64,000 nt of DNA from Mytilus edulis (Eukaryota): the NCBI RefSeq assembly GCF_963676685.1, contig NC_092344.1:22134001-22198000 (forward strand), written 5' to 3'. The notes under the pieces were generated by a model, which saw only the letters and a program-made list of their open reading frames with translations, was not told where the DNA came from and did no database searches. The translations under genes and the position numbers were made by a program. Of this stretch, positions 1-10,053 are shown in pieces. Position 1 is the first letter of the stretch; every line of letters begins with the position of its first letter.

Positions 1-93
1 CTGATACATACGCCAATAAGCTGATACAAAATATCAACAAACAATTAAGAGGCCACACATACAGTCTTCAAAAACAGTTGAAAGTCAATATTA

Positions 94-1102
94 TTTTACA
101 TTAATGCTAGCAAGACAAATCTTTGTTTGGCTTGCTTGCTTTGTTTATATCAATGTTTGCTCAAGCAAGGTAATTAAGATAGGCGGGGCTTCAGCTTGTA
201 TACATCATACTTAAATTTTATTGGACGTTATGTTGGAGGTTAAGGACACTAAATTTTAAAACATCACATGACACATATTCTCACATGTTTCCTTACCTGT
301 AAATATACAATACAGACAGGATTCTACTTCGTCGAAATTATCTTCCTATTACGCCAGTTCATTTTCACAATCGTAGAAACGGAAGACAATTTATTTTTTT
401 CAGAGATCCAACTTAAAAGACTGTCATCAAGCACTTTTAGTAAAATAGCTATTCGAACACACCTACTCTGATTTTGTGATCTATTGGATTGGTATTTCAC
501 TTGACCCCTATATTTCATCTTTTAGTACTGTGATTTTTTTTAATGTTATAAAGTCAACATGTAGCTTTGCTATGTAAAATGATAGTCTGAAGCGAGATGA
601 TGTATCAAATACTCTTGTTTTGTACATTTTCAAGACAAAATATTCATCTCAAACACACCATAACATAAAAAAGGTGCACTCGATTGTCTCTTTTCGATAC
701 AATTGTTTCCCATTTTTTGTAAATATTTTCTTGAGTTGCATAATCGAAGGACAGACATGGAAATTACTGACTGAACTAATAGATTGATATGTTATAAAAA
801 CAATATTAGGTCAATTAATGTTGAAGGCCAGTTTCTCAGCCTCATACAAGAAAAAAGTTTATATTTTTCTTTCATTGGCAAATTATTGTATTTTTACAGG
901 TGAGAAAACATGTGAGAATATTTGTCATGTGATGTTTTAAAATTAAGTGTCCTTAACCTCAGACATAACGTCCAATAAAATCTAAGTATGATGTATACAA
1001 GCTGAAGCCCCGCCTATCTTAATTACCATGCTTGAGCAAACACTGATACAAACAAAGCAAGCAAGCCAAACAAAGATTTGTCTTGCTAGCATTAATGTAA
1101 AA
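94..1102. mobile_element. Foldback/MITE-like element with ~210 bp terminal inverted repeats
   Basis: 94-303 (ttttacattaatgctagcaagacaaatc...cctgtaaa) is the near-exact reverse complement of ~892-1102 (tttacagg...gctagcattaatgtaaaa); ~590 bp non-coding spacer; no clear TSD seen. Confidence 0.85.
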
Positions 1103-1674
1103 GCTGTAATGAAAAGAATACTTTATGTCAAAATCAAAGGACTCACAAGCGGGAGCATCAAGTCGTGTAAAAAAAAGGTGAGAAAGACACAATATGAAAG
1201 AGGGCAATAACAAATCATGCGCCAAACAAAAACATATTACACATGAACTTAAAGATTAAGCAATACGAAACCCAACTAAAATCGAGGTGCACGGTCTAGA
1301 AAGGTAAGCCGTACCAACTCCCCCTTGTTACATCCTTTATATTGTGCATGCACTCAGATGAGGAAAATCCAGGGATAAATCGAATTAGCTGATATCACAA
1401 ATGAGACGGAATGGTGGTTACAATAAAAGGAACATGTCTGTAATCATATGTGACATACAAATTTCATAACAGTCAAAAAATGCTTGATGCCGTCGATAAA
1501 ACGTTCAAAGGAATACTTTTGAATTTACCATGTATACGAACTATTGATTCAATAGTAAAATTGAGAATGGAAATGCCTTTGTTAGCATCAGCCCCTTTCA
1601 AAAAAATCGTTATAGATAACGCCAGCACTAAAATATCGTATCACCTGCAAGGGAGATATATACTAAATAGGCAG

Positions 1675-1834
1675 CAGTGGCGGATGCAGGAATTTTCGAA
1701 AGGGGGGGTGCTAGCCCAGGGCAAAGGGGGGTGCAGGGGGGGGGTGCAAAACATATGTCCCGATTCAAATGCATTGATCGGCCAAAATAAAGGGGGGTGC
1801 GGACCCCCGGAACCCCCCTCTGGATCCGCCACTG
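1675..1834. mobile_element. Short GC-rich MITE with 5-bp TSD
   Basis: TIR cagtggcggat(g/c)cag...ctggatccgccactg, flanked by direct repeat ggcag at 1670-1674 and 1835-1839. Confidence 0.8.
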
Positions 1835-2964
1835 GGCAGGTATTGATGAATAGCTTAACATTAAATTAAAAATTACATTATCAGACAATTGTATGCATCT
1901 ATTTGCCGTAATATTGAGTTCACAACAGACCCTTAGTGTATTTTTTTAGATGCAAGTCAAATACATAAAGGAAACCTTATATCAGTGGTATCATTTATTT
2001 GAAGTACAGTGGGATAGATGAGATAAACAAAGTAAAAATTTCAGCGAAAAAGAAATACTAGTTTCGTTTTATTCTAGTTGAAAATCTCCAAATGGTATAT
2101 GTTTCATATATATGTTTACGAAATAAAGTTAGTTATCATGGCCGAATGCTGACTATCGAAGCAAAATAAAACCTTGTAGGATTTGGGTTTTCTAATATGT
2201 TGGTCCTCTGCTTTTGAAATTTTATAGTTCAATATTTTGGTTTCAGCAAAGTTGTGAGTGTTTCTATAGTAGCCTTTAGGTATTTTACAACGTACTTTGA
2301 AATAGATATTTCAGAAAATTCAACTAACGCAATGTTTTCAGGTAATTATCCAGATAACCAGTGCAGGTGTGACAATGCTAGTTTTGACGTCTTTTTTGTG
2401 TTGATTGCTCTATATTACAAATAATTAGCTTCGAGCATCTTTGACGACATTTCAGTCTCAAAAAGGCGCATATGTTCAACGGTTGCATCAAATAAGCCAT
2501 GGGCATGGTATCTTGTAACGTGGTATCATTACGCAGAAGTTGTAAAGCTACATAAGCTATGATTGGAAGCTTTAGCTTGAAAGTAGGTCTAAGGGTTAAT
2601 GCTGTCAACCACAGGTCTATGGTTACAAAAATAACAACCTGATCAAATTTTTTTTTTTCAAAATGAAACGGATGTGTTGAATTTTTATTTGTACGATTAT
2701 CATGCGAGATGTTTTCTGCTAAAGAGGGCGTCGTCAGCTTAAAGTTTGAGATAACCTATAATGAGCTTAGTTAGTCATATCAGAATACATTTTTGTAGTT
2801 TATAACATGTAATCTAAGAGCACTTAGCCTGCGAAATAAGAAAGCACTTGCAGAACCAATTAACTGGTAACAATCACCTTTGACCTTTGACCTTAAACCA
2901 TCTGAGCTCATGCGAAAGCATTTGTAAACGATAAGAATAACGAAATTCAGTGTTAAACTGGTAA

Positions 2965-3250
2965 TAAAATTGAGAATGGAAATGGGGAATGTGTCAAAGA
3001 GACAACAACCCGACAATAGAGAAGACAACAGCAGAAGGTCACCAACAGGTCTTCAATGCAGCGAGAAATTCCCGCACCCGGAGGCGTCCTTCAGCTGGCC
3101 CCTAAACAAATATATATATACTAGTTCAGTGATAATGAACGCCATACTAAACTCCAAATTTTACACAAGAAACTAAAATTAGAAATAAAACAAGACATAC
3201 AAAGGCCAGAGGTTCCTGACTTGGGACAGGCGCAGAAATGCGGCGGGGTT
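2965..3250 (+). repeat. SINE-like dispersed repeat (aaaattgagaatggaaatggggaatgtgtcaaagagacaac family)
   Basis: The same head recurs at ~1556, ~8362, ~14178, ~27568 and reverse-complemented at ~54488-54612. Confidence 0.7.
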
Positions 3251-3915
3251 AATACATATTGTTTGCAAGCCTATCAAGTAAAATATATTGATCATTAATA
3301 ATATTTCGTGTTTTTTTCTCAAAACGAATTCATAATACCACAATACAGGAAGAACCAAATATATCGGACTGTAAAAAAATCCTTAACCATGCAACTAGAA
3401 GCATCCGGCTCCTCCATACAAAAATAGACACATTAAAACGTTTAAACCCGCTGCATTTGTTTGCACCTGTCTTAAGTCGGGAACATGTTGTTCAGTGGTA
3501 TTCGTTTGTTGATGTGGTTCATAAGTATTTATCGTTTTTCGTATATACTAGACCATTGGCTTTCCTGTTTGAATGGTTTAACACTAGTGATCTTGGGGAC
3601 CTCTATAGGTGTGAATCAAGGCTCCGCGTTGAAGGCTTGCTTTGACCTGTTATGATTTACTTTCAACAAATTGTGACTTAGATGGAGACTTGTCTCATTG
3701 GCACTCATATCATATTTTCTCATTTCTCTGACATAAACAAAAACTAAAAAGCAAATATCACATGACCAAGATAGACTGACTTGGTACAAACACACACTGT
3801 GATACACTGGTGACACTGAATGTTACACAAAATAAAGCATCTTTTCTTTTTCTGTGAACATGTTTAATAAATATTGGCCGTAAGTTTTGCTGTTTCATAC
3901 TCGTTTCAACTACAT

Positions 3916-6167
3916 TTATCTCATCCTGTTTCTTCGCTGTTGTGCGCTTTCTGCATACAGTATAATAAAGAACAGGAAGCTATATAAAACCATATATGGA
4001 AAAAATCCGTTCGCTATTATCATTATGGAAAATGTATATCCGCACCAAATTAATGCCATTACAGACCGACTCCGGCATTCAAATATTCCCAACAAAGTTT
4101 CTTGGATTTCATAGATCCAATTTCGGAAAATTTCTACAAATCCAACAAACATCGGTCTGCGCTGCTGTCGATTCCAGACAACCAAACGATCCAAGTTGTC
4201 CATCAGATCACTGTTTGAAGAAGTGTCCGAAAAAGAGTCTGATTGCTCTGAAAAATCATCACCATTAATTCTTCCATTGAGAGATTCTTCACTTCCATCG
4301 AACTTAGGAAATGAAATGGCGTCGATCCGACAAGGCAGCCGACTATCTTCCTCGACAGAAACATCCAGATCTACTTCCGAAACTGACCTATCGCTTACTT
4401 GTTCCGACATTGAGTCATCGCTTTGTGTAGCAATAGACCGAATAGCTACGTAAGCTTCATCCTGAAACTAAACAAAATAAAACTTTTAATAATTTTCATT
4501 AAAATTCTTTCCTGACTCAATAATTTGGTAAATATTGATTTATCAAGTTGTAGCTATTTCTATAAATTCATATTTGGTCAGAAATTCATACACGATTTCA
4601 TAAAAAAAACTATTATTATTTTAGGATCAACAAACTTTTCTCAAATCTAATTTACTCTAATCTATGAAAAAAATATTTACCAAGAAGCAGAAGCAGTTGG
4701 TTGTAAGTTTTGACGTAAGTTCATTTGTGAAATTGGTTTTTGATTTAAGACTTGACGTAAGTGTGATCTTAGACTTACGATGTTTTGTGAAATTGGCCCC
4801 AGGAAGGAAGGAGGTTCCGGGGAGTTAGAACCTCTTTTACAATCAATGCATTTGAATTGGGACACATGGTTAGAACACATTTTTAATTCGTTCATTTTTT
4901 TGTCCATAAATTAGGCCGTTAGTCATTTCGTTTGAATTGTTTTACATTTGTCATTTCGGGACGGTCATTTCGGAGCCTTATATAGCTTACTAGCCGGTAT
5001 GGGCTTTGTCCATTGTTGAAGGCCGTACGGTGATCTATAGTTGTTAAATTATGTGCAATTTGGTCTCTTGTAGTGAGTTGTCCCATTGGCAATCATACCA
5101 AATCTTCTTTTTTATATTTATTCTGGGTCGGAATCTCCCTTTTAAAAAGGTGGATCTGCCCCTGAGAAGAGGATTTTTAAAAGTCGGATGGGGAGGGGGG
5201 ACACGCGCTCTTATGGAGATACATAAATAATTAATGAATATACCTTATTTATGACCCACTCAAAACGTTAAATAGTTCCCCCCTGTAGACATTGCATTTT
5301 GACGATATCTTAAAAGTGCATTCTATACATTAAGTGTTTTATATATGCTAGTATATATCTATTTCACAAAGTTATAAGTTATTGTGTCTTCGGGAGTATA
5401 CATGTTACCTACATCATTCTTTGATATTCAGAGGTAATGTATCGAGATCTAAATGCAGATGACATTTCATAAAAATCTGATAAATGATTTAATAATTTGA
5501 ATATTAAATTATAGAGAAAAAAAACATTTTTTTTTTTTTTTTAAACATATATATTCATTTATTGCTGACCATTTCTGATTTCCAATAGATTTGTTTTTAT
5601 ATTGACGCCTTTTACTTTATTTGCTGTAAATGTGTCTTACCTTTTTATCTTGTTCACGCCAGTTGTCAACAAAATCTTGAATAGAATAATTGACGTGCAA
5701 TCGCCTGTTCAAAACTGATGAAACTAGTGTCCTTTTTCGACATGTCGGACAAGAAAACTTCAATCTTGGGAATGGACATTGAGGAAGTTGTTCTGTTGTC
5801 AGTCTGGCAAGATTTTTTAGGCAGCTAAAATTGAGAAAGACAATTTGTTTTTGAACATATTGAAGGGAATAAAATATTTCTTTTTTACATATATAGAGAC
5901 AATCCGAACTTGACAAGCAAGTTTATTGGTGACTGTAAGTGCTTGTGGGATTACAAATCCTATAATTTCGTTTCACATATTTGTTATAATGAGCATTTAT
6001 CAGTTTGAAAAGTCTTGTAATATATTGTGCTATATTCACGCTTACCTTGTGCAAAAACTGTGTCCACATTGTAGTGTATGGGGTCGTCGATAAACACCAA
6101 GACATATACTGCATCGAAGAAGCTTACTCCAAGACGTAAAGGAACTATTTGCTTCTAAGATTTCCAT
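3916..6167 (-). CDS. RING-HC (C3HC4) E3 ubiquitin ligase with acidic linker and C-terminal transmembrane segment(s), ~283 aa
   Basis: Exons 6167-6046 (MEILEANSSFTSWSKLLRCSICLGVYRRPHTLQCGHSFCT), 5824-5641 (SCLKNL...CPTCRK...LHVNYSIQDFVDNWREQDKK) and 4461-3916 (DEAYVAIRSIATQSD...ALIWCGYTFSIMIIANGFFPYMVLYSFLFFIILYAESAQQRRNRMR*). GT-AG introns in phases 2 and 0; frame continuous; all 8 RING ligands present. Confidence 0.88.
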
Positions 6168-6379
6168 AATGCAAGAGTGCAAATCCAGCTATATATTATG
6201 CCTTTACTTGACAAGTTTAGTGAAGTCTTGACCGGCGCCATGGCAAAAGCACAACTATTAGTGACGTCTTTGTGCTTTTTGGAATTGTGACGCTGTATAT
6301 AGTTGCTGTTTTCTCATTTTCCCGCAACAACAGAACAATTACTAGTTGATGGTGGATGTAGAAAAGAATACAATAAACG
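6168..6379. promoter_or_regulatory. Putative bidirectional promoter between the RING gene and the 122-aa ORF
   Basis: Only 212 bp between divergent ATGs; CRE-like TGACGTC at 6262 and TGACG at 6288; TATATA at 6296-6301. Confidence 0.45.
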
Positions 6380-6748
6380 ATGGGAAGCAGGAGCCCAAGT
6401 CCAAAGAAAGTAACATTCGCTGATGAACATCATAGACACAGTCATTCTGCTATTCCTGTAATACGCGACAACATGTCGTTCCTTCATAAGAGATTGGTCG
6501 AAATGATGGAGGAAGCTAGACAGCTCCGTGATGAAACATCGTCGTTGGTGGGTGATTATTTAGATTTGGAGAAAAAATTCAGGGATCTTAGAGTTGTGAC
6601 TAAAGAGACTATGAAAGAGGTAGACCAGCACAATCAGAACCTGGACGAAGTGATTTATCTCAACAAAGTCATACGTCATTTAAAAGATTCTGACAATAAC
6701 ATGCAATATGTGCCTTGTGTAGTGTATAAGAATGATACATCTCGATAG
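6380..6748 (+). CDS. Intronless 122-aa coiled-coil protein with N-terminal RVxF (KKVTF) PP1-docking motif; unknown family
   Basis: Protein-like composition, clear heptad pattern (LHKRLVEMMEEARQLRDETSSLVGDYLDLEKKFRDL), good start context (aacgATGG), ATTAAA at 7013 followed by a T-rich tract. Confidence 0.65.
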   Translation: MGSRSPSPKKVTFADEHHRHSHSAIPVIRDNMSFLHKRLVEMMEEARQLRDETSSLVGDYLDLEKKFRDLRVVTKETMKEVDQHNQNLDEVIYLNKVIRHLKDSDNNMQYVPCVVYKNDTSR

Positions 6749-7311
6749 AGCTTAACATAGAGCCATATACTATCAGCAAAGAGTACCTCTATGGGACATT
6801 ATTCCATGTACAGTTACCATGCGGGTAAAATGTGTTGGCAAAACAATCAGTGCAATTTGTATGAAGAGTTTGCGACTGGTGAGAAATATGAAAGTGTTTT
6901 ATTGTTATCTAATCACTAACTGTTAATTTTTCTTTTTCTTTTACTTTAAATTATCTTATTTCAAGATCTGTTGTTTATTTTATATTTTGTATTTTCAATG
7001 TATGTTCAATGTATTAAATCGATGTAAAGTGTTGAGTTAAAGTCTCTTGCTTTTTTTTTTTTAGATTTATTAATTCCCTAAGTAAGTTTTATCAAGGAGG
7101 TTGTATGCGTCGGTTTTATGATGTCGGTCCCTATACAGACACAGGCGATAGACTGTTTTATCAGTAATTAAAATTACTTTAAGGTCCTAACTTATGTAGA
7201 ACTATACTGAATTAAGCATATAACCGTAACCAATTTATCATCCCTACCCTCTACACCAAAAGAAGCTAAAACAATATGTACATGCGATCAGCACAAGCGG
7301 TATATATATAT

Positions 7312-7540
7312 AAAAGAAGATGTGGTATGATTGCCAATGAGACAACTGTCCACAAGAAACCAAAATGACACAGACATTAACAACTATAGGTCACCATACG
7401 GCCTTCAACAATGAGCAAAGCTCATACCGCATATAGTCAGTTATAAAAGGCCCGATAAGACAATGTAAAACAATTCAAACGAGAAAACTAACGGCCTTAT
7501 TTATATTAAAAATGAACGAAAAACAAATATGTAACACATA
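7312..7540 (+). repeat. SINE-like dispersed repeat (aagaagatgtggtatgattgccaatgagacaac family)
   Basis: Homologous copies reverse-complemented at ~3440-3722, ~4900-5115, ~26556-26745, ~57236-57415; partial copy at ~43263. Confidence 0.7.
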
Positions 7541-9995
7541 AGTAGTTCATTTTATAACGATTCATATGAGCATTTGGACTTGGTACAATTTCCAGGATTC
7601 AGAAAATATTTTCCTTCCATATTTGAAAACACTTCCATAATTATGACTGATTTCACGCAAAAGAACAATTGCCAATTTTTGCTTTATCAATTCAAAAGCA
7701 GGAATCTATACGAATTATCGCCCAATTGCCAAATTTCTAAAATATTGTCTGCGCTTAGTCTTTTTAAAATTTCAATTTAAAAGAGGACATTTTTATCGTC
7801 TAGAAGTATCTATCAATTATTAGTTTTTAGAATATATAAAGAAAAAAGACGAGAGGACATTCGTTTTCCAACCTCTATAATTGGATAAGTAAAGTTTACC
7901 TCTTCATTGACTTCATTGTCTTTCAGTTTTGGTCAGGGAAAACAAGATTTAATTATTAGTACAAATTTTGCTTTGAAGTAGCATCCATTAGCTGCGGATA
8001 CTCCTAGATCGATAATCTGCACTTCTTTTTCTTCATTTTTGTAGTGATATTTTTTTAAGGAGGGGGGGTGGGGGGGGGGGGGGTAATATCGATCTAATAA
8101 GTCAAACTATCTTGTTTAAGGCAGGTCCTTATGTTGTACTACTACACCCCTGTGCCAAGAAAGGGGACTGGGATTAAGCGCTAATGCACGAATTGTAATA
8201 ACGTTTATGTCATATTGATCTATGGAATAAAAGTGCTAAATGAATGATTGTTAACAGCGGTATGATTCTAGATTCTAATAGATTTTTTCTGTTTGGAGGG
8301 AAAAAAGAACTTCCTGAAGAACAACTGTTTTTGATGGCCTTTTATCTAATAAAGTAATATAAAATTGAGAATGAAAATGGGAAATGTGTCAAGGAGACAA
8401 TCCGACCAAAGAGCAGAAAACAACCGAAGTCAAGTTTCCTGTGCTGATTTTTCTTTTTTACTAATGTTCCATTATCCACCCTTTGTTTGCTCAATGGAGA
8501 AACTTTTGAGACTCAAAAACTAGTCTTGTCCCTCATTGATTTATATGTATATTCCAATTAAGTAAGGATTACATGGTCTTAAGTCACATTAGTATTTCAA
8601 TGTTTAATTTTTTGGAGAATATAGTGTTAATGGTAATTTCAGTTACGTGTTATTTATTCATCCCTCAAATATAAATTTTAAATATACTTCCATCCTTGAC
8701 CTAGATCTTGTTAAGGATTTATGTGCTTATATTTGATATAATTTTGCTAATAGGACTAGTAGCACAATGGTTCAGAGAAACACCAATTAGTAAATTTAGT
8801 GAAATGTTAAATAGAATTGCACTTGTATGCAAACAAGATGAAATCAGAGGAACGTCACATCATGTACTCGAACGGTCCAACATTTGTTAGTTTAGGATTT
8901 TAAATAAATATTTTAAGAAGAGATTTTCTCAGTTTTAATTTCAAAATGATTGAAACACAAACGTTTTGAATAAGGTGTAAAATGTCAATTTATATTTATC
9001 TTACTTCTACAGAAGAGATGGCTAATGTCCCATTAGTTTGTTTAACTCGGGATTGAACAAGAAAACTGAAATTTGGATATCATAAAAGTACTCTTACAAG
9101 ACGGATAACTGTTTTGTTTACATCAGTCATATAAAAATGTTATTCAGCGTAATTGTATATATATAGCTACTAAAGAAAATATGAATACAATATACACACA
9201 AAGAGAAAGAAAAAAGACAATATACAGCTTTACTTTCAATTATAGAATGTTTGGTTTTTGTTAAGAATGTCTCCTTCGCATATTGTAAATTTTATTCTTC
9301 GTATATTTATAAATCCTCACAACTTGCCAAAATCTATCAAATTTGCTATTAAAGGCTACGTTTTGTATCTGTACACATTTATTAATTAGTCATACTATTG
9401 GAAATACAATGGTGTAAGAACCTCATATTGCATATATGTAACTTCAGAAATTGGATGTTTGTCACAGTTGAAAAGGGCAAGGGTTTACTAAAGCGCATCA
9501 TTGCAGTTATAAAAAAAAATATAGCGGTTCCATCATATTCTGTTGAATTTTGTCATGTTAAGAAAATTTGAACATTTGTAAATGTTATCAATGTAGAAAA
9601 ACTTTATCCTGACATCTAAAATACATTTCTCAGCACAAGCACATATTTTCCGTTGGTCTGTTGGCATTAAAAAAACTGCTTCGCGCTATTGCACATTTGA
9701 CCAATGATTTTTAAAGATTGAAATGTGAATATTTTTCAATTATCCCTTTATTTCTTTCCCTCGATTTAACGATTAAAGAATCCACGATCAGATGCTGTCT
9801 TTTCCTGTAGTGTTTTCAGTAATCTCTATAAGTAAAAAAATTCTCGAATCAAAAGTCCCCGATTTAAGCAGCACCGTCTTCGGCATAACAGGCCATAGTT
9901 ACTATACTGTGTATTTAAAACTTGTGACAAGATATGTAAACATTTACTATATGAAAGTTTGTCCAATCAACAGTAGCCCTTAGTTGAAGATTTAG

Positions 9996-10003
9996 TATAA
10001 ATA
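9996..10003 (+). promoter_or_regulatory. TATA box of the TSP1/chitin-binding gene
   Basis: TATAAATA ~58 bp upstream of the signal-peptide ATG at 10054. Confidence 0.55.
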
Positions 10004-10053
10004 AAGTAATTTAAATATATTCTACAAAGTGTGCGGTCCTACAGAAGACAACT

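Noticed and set aside
1450-1888. ORFs of 139, 86 and 63 aa
   Set aside because: They stay open only because they cross a GC-rich MITE and a SINE-like fragment; no domain signal.
8057-8083. Poly-G run (and poly-C at ~12496-12515) as a possible G-quadruplex
   Set aside because: Simple homopolymers are common in such genomes; no functional evidence.
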